Position numbers and translations under genes: made by a program. From the IMG/VR virus record IMGVR_UViG_3300042261_000652, positions 64,001-120,796 of that record: DNA of 56,796 bases; one strand, given 5' to 3'. The number at the start of each line of letters is the position of its first letter. Within the stretch, counting starts at the first letter, position 1. The stretch is from a virus. The notes under the pieces were generated by a model. That model was not told the origin of the DNA and searched no databases. It was given only the letters and a program-made list of their open reading frames with translations. Shown one piece after another: positions 27,791-37,028 of this stretch.

Positions 27791-29566
27791 ATGCAACAAG
27801 TAAAAGAACTATTAACTGATGCTTTGAACCCTCAAGCACGTCTCATGGCTGAGACTCGTGGACTTGTCTCCAAGTGGGATAGGACAGGATTGCTCGAAGG
27901 ATTGAAGAATGATATTGACAAGTCGAATATGTCGGTATTGCTTGAAAACCAAGCAAAACAACTGATTGAAGAATCATCCGTGACCGGAACTCAGGCTAAC
28001 TCTGAGCAATGGGCGGGTGTTGCTCTTCCATTGGTTCGCCGTGTGTTCGCCGAAATCGCTGCTAAGGAATTCGTATCCGTCCAGCCAATGAACCTTCCTG
28101 CGGGATTGGTGTTCTATCTGGACTTCAAATATGGATCAACCTCGGGCGTATTTAGTGCCGATTCATCTACTAACTACTCATCGCTGTTCGGTGGAATTAG
28201 CCAGAGTTTGAATCTTGGTGGAACTACCATCAGTGATCCAAATAACCAGTGGAAACTTGGTTCGACCAATTACCCTGCTGGTGGTCTCTATGGCCCCGGT
28301 CGCAATGCTTATACTGTAAATGATAATCTTTGTGCAACCCAGTCCGTCGCAGTTGGTACGGCATCCCTCGCCGATATTAATTTCGATACTGGCAACGCAA
28401 ATGACCCGATCAATAGCAGTATTTCCGCATCTCTCGCCGCAGGCACATTGTTCACCCTCACCACCGTTGGGTTAACAACAAACTGCAACACTCAGTTTGG
28501 ATCATATCCTGATCTCAACAACGTCCGTACGTTTATGCCCGTAACGACCCCTGCGTCGTCTTCGGCAGCATTCGTAACGTGGTTCCCGGGTTTCACCCGC
28601 TTTAGCGGAACTGAAGCCGTGTTCGTTGTGTCATCCTCAGCGGCTAATGCACAAACCTTGGCCAATGGCGCAAATCAGAGTGGTATTATCCACGTCAATT
28701 TGAGCGTCCAGCCGAAGGATACTGCTCGTGGTGACTTCGAAGATCGCCTCGGCAAGTCCACTACGGATACCGGTCTTAATAAAGATATCGGAATTCCCGA
28801 AGTTAACCTCGAGATGCGCTCCGAGCCTATCGTAGCCAAGACTCGTAAATTGAAATCAGTATGGACTCCAGAACTCGCTCAGGATCTCAACGCCTACCAC
28901 TCGGTTGACGCTGAAGCTGAGTTGACCGCTCTTCTGTCCGAATATGTGTCAATGGAAATCGATCTCGAAATCCTTGACATGCTTATCGTCAATGCCCCCA
29001 ACATCAACAAGGAGCGTTGGAGCGCACGCCTCAACCGTGAAATCCTCAAGACTGGTACCAACAGCTACCAAGTAGTGGATCAAGTAACGGCTGGCGCAGG
29101 TGGATATTACACCAAGTCAACTTGGTATCAGACTCTTGGTAACAAGATTCAGAAAGTATCCAATAAGATTCACCAATTGACCCTCCGTGGTGGTGCAAAC
29201 TTCATGGTGGTCGGTCCCGATGTGGCAACAATCCTGGAGTCAATCCCCGGATTCGTAGTCAACACCGACGGTGACTCCGCCAAATTCGCAATGGGCGTTT
29301 CTCGTGTTGGTAGCTTCGCAAGTCGCTTCCAAGTCTACAAGAACCCATATATGCAAGAGAATCTAATTCTCATGGGATTCCGTGGAAATAACTTCCTCGA
29401 AACTGGCGCAGTATATGCTCCATACATTCCACTTATCCAGACCCCATTAGTATATGATCCTGTCAATTTCACCCCAAGACGTGGTGTTATGACGAGGTAT
29501 GCTAAGAAGATAGTCAGACCCGAGTTTTATGGGCTGATCTACGTATCTGATACAAATCAGGTCTAA
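27791..29566 (+). CDS. Major capsid protein (T4 gp23-like)
   Basis: 'WAGVALPLVRRVFAEIAAKEFVSVQPMNLPAGLVFYLDFKYG' aligns with recalled gp23 'WQPVLMGMVRRAIPNLIAFDICGVQPMNSPTGQVFALRAVYG'; N-terminal propeptide with L-x-E sites (e.g. 'KQLIEE'); strong terminator downstream. Confidence 0.8.
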   Translation: MQQVKELLTDALNPQARLMAETRGLVSKWDRTGLLEGLKNDIDKSNMSVLLENQAKQLIEESSVTGTQANSEQWAGVALPLVRRVFAEIAAKEFVSVQPMNLPAGLVFYLDFKYGSTSGVFSADSSTNYSSLFGGISQSLNLGGTTISDPNNQWKLGSTNYPAGGLYGPGRNAYTVNDNLCATQSVAVGTASLADINFDTGNANDPINSSISASLAAGTLFTLTTVGLTTNCNTQFGSYPDLNNVRTFMPVTTPASSSAAFVTWFPGFTRFSGTEAVFVVSSSAANAQTLANGANQSGIIHVNLSVQPKDTARGDFEDRLGKSTTDTGLNKDIGIPEVNLEMRSEPIVAKTRKLKSVWTPELAQDLNAYHSVDAEAELTALLSEYVSMEIDLEILDMLIVNAPNINKERWSARLNREILKTGTNSYQVVDQVTAGAGGYYTKSTWYQTLGNKIQKVSNKIHQLTLRGGANFMVVGPDVATILESIPGFVVNTDGDSAKFAMGVSRVGSFASRFQVYKNPYMQENLILMGFRGNNFLETGAVYAPYIPLIQTPLVYDPVNFTPRRGVMTRYAKKIVRPEFYGLIYVSDTNQV

Positions 29567-29585
29567 TTAAATCATTGATTATCAA

Positions 29586-29613
29586 GGCGTTGGAGAAATC
29601 CAACGCCTTTTTT
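29586..29613 (+). terminator. Rho-independent terminator
   Basis: GGCGTTGGA-gaaa-TCCAACGCC stem-loop followed by TTTTTT, 20 nt after the capsid gene stop. Confidence 0.7.
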
Positions 29614-29712
29614 ATGTACATTTATAAAAAACAATCTCCAGTCTCCAAGAAGTTATGCCTCTTTCGAAAAAATTACTAGACATTTTAGAAGAGTTGGGAT
29701 ATATTTACGTGT

Positions 29713-31548
29713 ATGACGATAAATCAAAACGAAATAACCATAACTGAAGAAGAGTCTAAATGTTGCAAATTATGTAACAAGATATTTAATTCTGGAAGAT
29801 TAATGATTTGGCATGTCAAGAAAGAACATAAACTCGATTTTAAAAATTATATTTTACAAGTTTATTATGGCGGAATTAACCCAATATGTCAAAAAACTGG
29901 AAAAAATGTGACTTTTAAGGCACATAAACTCGGACCTTGGTTTAGTAATTATTCAAAAAACAATTTCCCACGTTCTCCCCATTCCGCAGAATCCAAAGAG
30001 AAAATTAGAATTGGATGTGAAAATGCCGCTCTTAAAAAATTTGGAGTAAAAAATGTATTTCAATCTGAGTGGTGCAAACTCAAGATTAAATCTACTATTA
30101 GAGAAAAATATGGAGTAGATAATCCAATGCAGGTGGATGATTTCAAAAAGAAAATGATAAATGCCTTTTTTGAAACTATAAAAAATAGACCAATTAAAGT
30201 TTATCCTTGTAAAAATATAGACCCTAATCGGCCATCAACACTAGAATTAGATTTTGCATCTAAGTTAACAAAGAATAATATTCACTTTATAACTCCATTT
30301 GTATATGATGGATATAGGTTTGATTTTTACATACCAGCTATAAATTCTATAATTGAGATAGACGGGGAAACATTTCACAAAAATAATTTGGAATCATTGA
30401 CTTTAATGACCATAAACGGAAGTAGAAATGATTACAATAAAAATATTATGATAGATGATTCGCTATATAATTTTTATAGAATTAGATATAACCCCGCCGA
30501 TTTTAATTTTGATGATATTATTTCATTAGAATCGATTATACATAACACAAAATATTATCCCAACTATGGAATTAAATACAAACAGAAAATTGTTAATAAA
30601 GAATATTTTGCGAGATATATAGCAAACAAAGGAAAGGATAAATTGCAAAAATATTCTCCATTGATTCTCAAATTCATTCGTACGTTTCAGCCAGAATTTC
30701 CATATCCCGATCTTGAGGAACAATTATTCGATGTTATTGGTAAATTACATAATACAAATATATCGAAAGTATATAATGATAATGCAAAAGAGTTTTCGAA
30801 TAATATATCAACGGCGGGCCACAATTATTTAAAACATCATTTCAAATCATATTGGAAGAGTAAATTTAAGGGAACATTATCCCCAGTCGAGGCATGGAAA
30901 GATGATAAAATAATGCAAGAAGTTATCGATTATCGAATTGGATGTAATAATAGCGGGGAAGTATTCGACTTTAGTTTACATCAATTAGTCAGAGGATTAT
31001 CAGCCCGAAGAATTGGGGTGTCATTTTTTAAACCGCTACTTGCGGCGGCAATATATAAGATCATATTGGGAAATATGCCCAATCCGGTTGTATTGGACCC
31101 TTGCTGTGGATTTGGGGGAAGATTATTGGGGTTTAAATCCATATATCCAAATGGGACATATGTTGGATGTGAGCCTAATGTAGAAACATACAATGAATTA
31201 TTACAACTAGTTAAAAATGCCGGATGGAACAATGTTGAAATACATAATTGTAAGTTCGAGAATTTCAATGATAAAAATCGGCATAAATTTGATTTAATAT
31301 TTACAAGTATTCCATATTTTGATATTGAAGAGTATAGTAATAATACAACATATCCTTCATTTGATGATTGGAAAAATACATTTATTTCTGCTATTGAAAA
31401 ACACGGAGGGACGGGCTGTTATATTAATGCTCCGTCGGAACTGTGTGAAAAATTAAAATGGGTAAACGTGGCATACACAATCAAATCAAATCGGAGTCAT
31501 TTTGATAAACGAGCCGGGACGAAAAAAGAATTGATTGTTAAGTTATAA
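29713..31548 (+). CDS. Multidomain protein: C2H2-like Zn finger, KYGVxN repeats, Vsr/DUF559-like nuclease core, C-terminal amino-DNA-methyltransferase domain
   Basis: 'CCKLCNKIFNSGRLMIWHVKKEHK'; 'LKKFGVKNVFQSEW...REKYGVDNPMQVDDFKKK'; 'YRFDFYIPAINSIIEIDGETFHKNN'; methyltransferase motif I 'VLDPCCGFGGR' and motif IV 'FTSIPYFD'. Confidence 0.6.
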   Translation: MTINQNEITITEEESKCCKLCNKIFNSGRLMIWHVKKEHKLDFKNYILQVYYGGINPICQKTGKNVTFKAHKLGPWFSNYSKNNFPRSPHSAESKEKIRIGCENAALKKFGVKNVFQSEWCKLKIKSTIREKYGVDNPMQVDDFKKKMINAFFETIKNRPIKVYPCKNIDPNRPSTLELDFASKLTKNNIHFITPFVYDGYRFDFYIPAINSIIEIDGETFHKNNLESLTLMTINGSRNDYNKNIMIDDSLYNFYRIRYNPADFNFDDIISLESIIHNTKYYPNYGIKYKQKIVNKEYFARYIANKGKDKLQKYSPLILKFIRTFQPEFPYPDLEEQLFDVIGKLHNTNISKVYNDNAKEFSNNISTAGHNYLKHHFKSYWKSKFKGTLSPVEAWKDDKIMQEVIDYRIGCNNSGEVFDFSLHQLVRGLSARRIGVSFFKPLLAAAIYKIILGNMPNPVVLDPCCGFGGRLLGFKSIYPNGTYVGCEPNVETYNELLQLVKNAGWNNVEIHNCKFENFNDKNRHKFDLIFTSIPYFDIEEYSNNTTYPSFDDWKNTFISAIEKHGGTGCYINAPSELCEKLKWVNVAYTIKSNRSHFDKRAGTKKELIVKL

Positions 31549-31613
31549 ATAGCTCCGCTCGTGAATGGGAAAATACTTGATTTCCAATTCGGAGTGTGCT
31601 ATTCTTGGGCGAT

Positions 31614-32159
31614 ATGAGAGAAATTAAATTTAGAGTTTGGTTTGATGAAAGTGGTATTCCGCCGCAGATGATTTATACTCATTTGGATGATTTTATTAGA
31701 AATGCGGACGGGTATGTGCTTGGTATTTTGGTACTGGATACGTACTTTAAGAAAGGAATGGAAATTTGTTATGATGTTGTAAATGGCAAGGAAAATTGGT
31801 TAAAAGAAGAACTTGGAGAAATGAGTGATGTCCGATATAATGCGAACAACTCTAAGTTAATGCAATACACAGGGCTTAAAGACAAGAACGGTAAAGAGAT
31901 TTATGAGGGGGATATATTAAAAGTTGCAAGATGGCATACGAAAGATATACAAACATCATTACATTCTATTAAAGTTGAATTGGTTGAAGACGAAGCTGAA
32001 ATAGGAAATGTTTTTTGGTCTGACATAAGTTGTCAATGGACGATTTCGTTTGATCACATCCGCTATGATGATCATAATGCTATGAGGGGTGGAATTTCTC
32101 ATAGATATGAGATCATTGGTAATATCTTCGAGCATCCAGAATTATTAACACGAATCTAA
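31614..32159 (+). CDS. YopX-family phage protein
   Basis: Start re-set to 'MREIKFRVW'; 'MQYTGLKDKNGKEIYEGDI' matches the recalled YopX signature. Confidence 0.55.
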   Translation: MREIKFRVWFDESGIPPQMIYTHLDDFIRNADGYVLGILVLDTYFKKGMEICYDVVNGKENWLKEELGEMSDVRYNANNSKLMQYTGLKDKNGKEIYEGDILKVARWHTKDIQTSLHSIKVELVEDEAEIGNVFWSDISCQWTISFDHIRYDDHNAMRGGISHRYEIIGNIFEHPELLTRI

Positions 32160-32325
32160 AATTAAGACCAACCTTTTGTCATGGCATCCTTATACTAAGG
32201 AGTGTGAATATGGGTGGTATCACAATAAAACATTATTAGGTGGTGGATTGTGGATGAATTTAAACATTCCGTTGCTTGGGGATTTTTCTTTGTGGAAGTA
32301 TTGTCCGTCGGTAATAAAATAAGTT

Positions 32326-32535
32326 ATGAAATTAAAACCACATTCTGTTTATAAAAAGAAAGATGCCGAGGAGTATTTAACAACTGATTTTTTAATTAAC
32401 AAGGAACTTATATGGACACATAAAGTTGAGAGGGGAAGTGCTCCTTGTGGATTCGTAAACGGTGGGGGCGGTGTAGTTCAAATTCCGGTGGCGGAATTCG
32501 AGAGAGATTATACATTTATAAGGAGTATTGAGTGA
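32326..32535 (+). CDS. Small hypothetical protein (69 aa)
   Basis: ORF with ATGA-type coupling to the next gene. Confidence 0.3.
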   Translation: MKLKPHSVYKKKDAEEYLTTDFLINKELIWTHKVERGSAPCGFVNGGGGVVQIPVAEFERDYTFIRSIE

Positions 32536-33368
32536 AGCCGACGTGGATAATTGAGAGTTTTGCCAAGGATACGAGTTTTCGAGAATTGCAGATGGCGGTT
32601 AAGGAGATGGGGTATCCTCTTATTGAGATCAACGGAGATTATTCTAAAGAAATTCTTTACTCATTGGCAGAATCGTCGAATTGTGTAATTATCAATGGGT
32701 CTATCAAGATGTGCAAATTAATATATGACGAATTGAAGGACAATTGTTTTCCAATTCGATATTGCAATTTTGAAAAATACAAGTGCTCGGCATATTATTC
32801 TCATTTTGGGGAGTATTTGTTTAATGATAAGTATGCTATTATGTCATTAAAGGAGATATGTCGCCAGAAATATGATGTATGGGGGCATTATGGGAAGGAT
32901 GCGTTGATATTTCTTCGGCCTGACAGTGGGGAGAAATTATTTCAGGCGGGGGTGGTTGATATAATTGATATTAATAAGTTATACGAAAGTAATAAAGATA
33001 TTGAACATGAACTTGGATTAGTATCTACGCCGAAGAATATTATATGGGAAGGTAGATTTATAGTTAGTAAATATAAGGACATTATAGCATATTCAACATA
33101 TCGATTTCAAGGAAATATATGTTTGATACCGAGCGTGCCGCCGGAGACATTAAAGTTTTGCAAGATGTTATTGGAAAAGATAGAGTATTATCCCGATTCG
33201 GTGTTTTGCTTTGATATATGTCAGGATAGTGATAAAGAGTGCTGGCTTCTTGAATTAACATCATTTTCATCTGCCGGATTATACGCTTCTAATAAAAATG
33301 CCATTGTTAAACGAGTATCTGAGATTGCCGAAGAAGATTGGAATAAAAATATAAGTTATAGGTATTAG
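32532..33368 (+). CDS. Hypothetical protein (278 aa)
   Basis: ORF. Confidence 0.5.
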   Translation: MKPTWIIESFAKDTSFRELQMAVKEMGYPLIEINGDYSKEILYSLAESSNCVIINGSIKMCKLIYDELKDNCFPIRYCNFEKYKCSAYYSHFGEYLFNDKYAIMSLKEICRQKYDVWGHYGKDALIFLRPDSGEKLFQAGVVDIIDINKLYESNKDIEHELGLVSTPKNIIWEGRFIVSKYKDIIAYSTYRFQGNICLIPSVPPETLKFCKMLLEKIEYYPDSVFCFDICQDSDKECWLLELTSFSSAGLYASNKNAIVKRVSEIAEEDWNKNISYRY

Positions 33369-33390
33369 TTCTTAATATTTATAACTTGAT

Positions 33391-33867
33391 ATGATCAAAT
33401 TAAAGTCATTAATTGAAGAAGAAAATGATTACGACCCCGCATGGGATTATAATATTCATAAAAATCCACCACGCAAACTAATAAAAATTGTCGATAATAT
33501 TATAAAATCCAACTCCATAATAAAATTGTTGCAAATATTAAAACTTAACTCTCCCCGAATTTCATATATAAAAGATAATAAAAAGGAAGCTCTTGCCAGA
33601 TATATCACGGGTACTGCAAATTTTCCACATATTGTTATAGATATGGACACGATACAAGCGGCAGTCAAAGCAGACCCATCTAATATAGGATATGCTATAG
33701 AGTCCACTATAGTTCACGAACTTATTCATGCATACCTTGAAACACGTGGGTTAGATCCATCGGAACACGACGAAGATGCCGTTGAGGGTGCTACACAAGA
33801 GTATATGGATTTCAGAGATCCCGCAGACATAATACATTCTTTACGGATATCATATCCATATTTATAA
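33391..33867 (+). CDS. MIKLK-leader protein with HExxH zincin-type metallopeptidase motif
   Basis: 'MIKLKSLIEEE'; 'IVHELIHAYLE...EHDED'; ATATTTATAACTTGAT box directly upstream. Confidence 0.6.
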   Translation: MIKLKSLIEEENDYDPAWDYNIHKNPPRKLIKIVDNIIKSNSIIKLLQILKLNSPRISYIKDNKKEALARYITGTANFPHIVIDMDTIQAAVKADPSNIGYAIESTIVHELIHAYLETRGLDPSEHDEDAVEGATQEYMDFRDPADIIHSLRISYPYL

Positions 33868-33873
33868 CTTGAT

Positions 33874-34218
33874 ATGATCAAGTTGAAAAAATTAATCGGC
33901 GAAGTTTTACTAAAGGGTAAAGATTTCATGGTATTAGGAAGAATAGATGATGATTGTAATATAGATTCTCTGTGGACTAAAAATACCGAGACCAATCACC
34001 ATCAAATTGTTGGAAAAACATCTCCGTTTCACTCTTATCATTGGCGGTATAATAGCATAGACAATAAAGTTGGATGGTGGATTGATGGGAAAATAGTATC
34101 ATCTGATAATACATTCAAAATATATATATATGCTGTAGATCAATTTTTATTAGATCGCTATCATATAAGCGAGCCAGAACATATATCGATATATGATACG
34201 CCGATAAGATATCGATAA
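33874..34218 (+). CDS. MIKLK-leader protein (114 aa)
   Basis: 'MIKLKKLIGE'; the same ATATTTATAACTTGATATG upstream box as the 33391 gene. Confidence 0.55.
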   Translation: MIKLKKLIGEVLLKGKDFMVLGRIDDDCNIDSLWTKNTETNHHQIVGKTSPFHSYHWRYNSIDNKVGWWIDGKIVSSDNTFKIYIYAVDQFLLDRYHISEPEHISIYDTPIRYR

Positions 34219-34231
34219 TAGGAATAATATA

Positions 34232-36058
34232 ATGATTTCATTTGCTAAAATGATGCGAGACGTTCTCTTAGAGAGAATGAGTTTTGGACAATTGTATGGT
34301 AGAAGCGAGTATGGGCGTAGAAGCCGAGGTAATTCCGACGTTTCTCCAAATTCTACACAGGTGACTGCCACGGATACGGGTGAAGCGTGGTCATTCAATT
34401 ATAAATCAAATCCCTCAACTACAGGTCAGCGGTGGCACGGGTTCATTCAATTCTTTAAAAATGACGTTTCCCGCAAAAACAGAGCAGATGAGTTGGATTG
34501 TATGATAGATTGCGATTGTCCTGATTATAGATACCGCTATGCTTATAATAATGAAAAAGCGGGTGTAGGATGGACGGGAAAGCATCCCGAGTGGAAATAT
34601 AATAATCAAAATAATGGTCAGAAATGGAAACCCAGAAGTCAGGGTGGAGTTGGAAATTATGGTGTTGGGTTGTGTAAACATTTATGTAGTTTACGGGATT
34701 ATCTTAGAACTGTGATTGAGCCTAATGCTCCAGATCCCGATGATGAGATTCCACCGGCTGTAAAGACAAAGAAAGTTCAGCGATCACAAGTTCCGGTTTC
34801 TCAGAAACCTGCTACAACAAAAGCGCCGACGCCTGACGATAGTTATTCGGACAGTCGTTCGGGTTCGGACACTCTTCAAGAAAAAATACAACCGGTTTCT
34901 TCAATATATAAATTGATGGATAAATTTGTAAAAACTCATCCGACGTTTATGATTCCGGATTATGATTCTAAATCTGTAAATGAAACCGAATCATTGCAAG
35001 AAGCTCATAGTCGGGGAGAATGGTGGATAGATGAAAGTGGAAGTACAATATTTGCCGACGGTAATGTTGGAGAGTCTAATCACGAAGCGGTGGTTATTAC
35101 ATCTATAGCACACGAGATTTTATCTCATTTTGGTATTGACGTGGACGATGCGGGAACCCTTGGGGAGTATGAAGACAACATTAAAGAAACCTTAATAGAT
35201 GATGATCGTTTAAGTGAAGATGAGATTGCTCAGTGGGATCGCAACGCTTTATCTGTTATCGTTACTAAATTAATAGAGGATAAAGCATTTGGAAATGGCG
35301 ATCTTAAACAGACCCAAGATGCCGTGCATCTCGCATATGGTAACACTTTCCACGATGCTCGGGATTATGCAATGCAATATTGGCGATGGAAAGTAATGAA
35401 AACACATGGGGGTGAAATAGAAATACAAACGTGGCATCTTACCCCCGATGATCTGGGAATTATTGTGCGTGGAGTGTGGGATATTATGGAAGAGCCTGAC
35501 GAGGATGATGATTCCGATAGCAATATTGGCGAGGATGGTTATCCCGGGCCTCGTGTTAATGTAACGGTTCAAGCATCGGGCAAGCGATTTTCCGATATTC
35601 CACTGGCAGTTCTTGAAAAGAAGATGCCACAAAATCTTCACAATTATCAGAGCGGTGTTCACGTAGGATATACAGAATCTATCACAGAAGAATTTCATCA
35701 TCTTCATAAGGAATATAGACTTTATGAAGGAAATAGACATATTATTGCATTATTTGAAGATGGAACCCGCTTGAAATTTGAAATACATTTCCGTGATAAG
35801 CATGGCCCGGACAGAGAGAAATGGCGGCATAGAGCTTTTACTACGTGGAAATCCGTTGCTAATGAAATTCGCAAAGCATCGGAAGAACTGGATGAAGTTG
35901 GGAATTCAAATCCAAAATCGTGGAGATCGTGTTTTAAAGAAGCACTCGAAGATCCTCGTATGAAGGATTATATGCGCAAAAATTCACATCGGCGGATATT
36001 TGATAATAAAGAAAATGCGCCTATATATGACCCCGTGAATTTTACACGGATGGGATAG
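34232..36058 (+). CDS. Hypothetical protein (608 aa) with CxC...CxH (SWIM-like) Cys/His cluster
   Basis: 'MISFAKMMRDVLLE' leader-like N-terminus; 'DCDCPDY...GLCKHLC'. Confidence 0.5.
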   Translation: MISFAKMMRDVLLERMSFGQLYGRSEYGRRSRGNSDVSPNSTQVTATDTGEAWSFNYKSNPSTTGQRWHGFIQFFKNDVSRKNRADELDCMIDCDCPDYRYRYAYNNEKAGVGWTGKHPEWKYNNQNNGQKWKPRSQGGVGNYGVGLCKHLCSLRDYLRTVIEPNAPDPDDEIPPAVKTKKVQRSQVPVSQKPATTKAPTPDDSYSDSRSGSDTLQEKIQPVSSIYKLMDKFVKTHPTFMIPDYDSKSVNETESLQEAHSRGEWWIDESGSTIFADGNVGESNHEAVVITSIAHEILSHFGIDVDDAGTLGEYEDNIKETLIDDDRLSEDEIAQWDRNALSVIVTKLIEDKAFGNGDLKQTQDAVHLAYGNTFHDARDYAMQYWRWKVMKTHGGEIEIQTWHLTPDDLGIIVRGVWDIMEEPDEDDDSDSNIGEDGYPGPRVNVTVQASGKRFSDIPLAVLEKKMPQNLHNYQSGVHVGYTESITEEFHHLHKEYRLYEGNRHIIALFEDGTRLKFEIHFRDKHGPDREKWRHRAFTTWKSVANEIRKASEELDEVGNSNPKSWRSCFKEALEDPRMKDYMRKNSHRRIFDNKENAPIYDPVNFTRMG

Positions 36059-36061
36059 ATA

Positions 36062-37012
36062 TTACATTGAATTGACGTGTGTCCAGAATTCGTGAAACGT
36101 GGGAATGCGACCTTCGTATTTTTTAATTTGATGGCCTTCGGGCCAATATATCAGTTCGCTATTGCCTATGTCAAATTTGTAAACAAGGAGATCGGATGAG
36201 TTTAATATGTCGGACAAGATAACGCCAAACTTGCTCCGGCGATAATCGTATGCATACTTTTTATCAAATGTAACGAAATCTCCTGGTCTAATTGTTGCGT
36301 TTGGATTATTTACTCCCCGATATACAACAACTTTATATGGAAAATTATTCGCTCGATATCCAGCATAATGGCTTAAGAATATATTATTGGTATATTCGTC
36401 TCTATGATCTTTGTTTTTTTCATCTGACGGAATTATTGTCTTTTTGATATCGCTCAATCTGGGACAATTTTTTATTGTCCCATCGCCATATATAGTTTCG
36501 CCCATCGCATTTTTATATAATCGTGTAAATATTTCGTCAGCCTCATCATCATCGACTTTTCTATTCGCCTTAAAACATCCGCCCAAAGAATTTAAATACA
36601 ATTGTCGTTTTGCCTTTTCATACGACACTCTTCTGCATATATGTTTTAATGGTTCCAGCGGGTCGTCGGACCCGATTTTCTTTTTTAATTGCTGATGATG
36701 TTCTCGCTCAAATTGCTCCAGTTTTGATGAAATCACATTGTCCAATTTATCATATTGTGCCTCGTCTCCTGGAAAAAATTTCTCGGCAAATGATTCTTTG
36801 AGTCTTTGCAATTCCATTTCATTATCCATCCACATAAATACCTCATATTCGAGATATTTTTCAGCCTGTTCGCATCCTCCCCCATCCATAAATCTCCACG
36901 TCTGTCTAATCAAATATTCGGCGGCGTCTTCGAGTTTATTTAGATCCAATCTTCTGGATTCATTTAAATTTAAAGATTTGATTTCCGATAAAAGATATTT
37001 GAGCTTGATCAT
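36062..37012 (-). CDS. MIKLK-leader protein (316 aa)
   Basis: 'MIKLKYLLSE'; contains 'VVYRGV'. Confidence 0.6.
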   Translation of the reverse strand: MIKLKYLLSEIKSLNLNESRRLDLNKLEDAAEYLIRQTWRFMDGGGCEQAEKYLEYEVFMWMDNEMELQRLKESFAEKFFPGDEAQYDKLDNVISSKLEQFEREHHQQLKKKIGSDDPLEPLKHICRRVSYEKAKRQLYLNSLGGCFKANRKVDDDEADEIFTRLYKNAMGETIYGDGTIKNCPRLSDIKKTIIPSDEKNKDHRDEYTNNIFLSHYAGYRANNFPYKVVVYRGVNNPNATIRPGDFVTFDKKYAYDYRRSKFGVILSDILNSSDLLVYKFDIGNSELIYWPEGHQIKKYEGRIPTFHEFWTHVNSM

Positions 37013-37028
37013 ATCATTGAAAGATTAT

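Noticed and set aside
36062-37012. R-S-E-class ADP-ribosyltransferase call for the MIKLKYLLSE protein, based on 'VVYRGV'
   Set aside because: Only the Arg motif is suggestive. I could not find convincing S-T-S or E-x-E motifs, so the protein is left as leader-bearing hypothetical.
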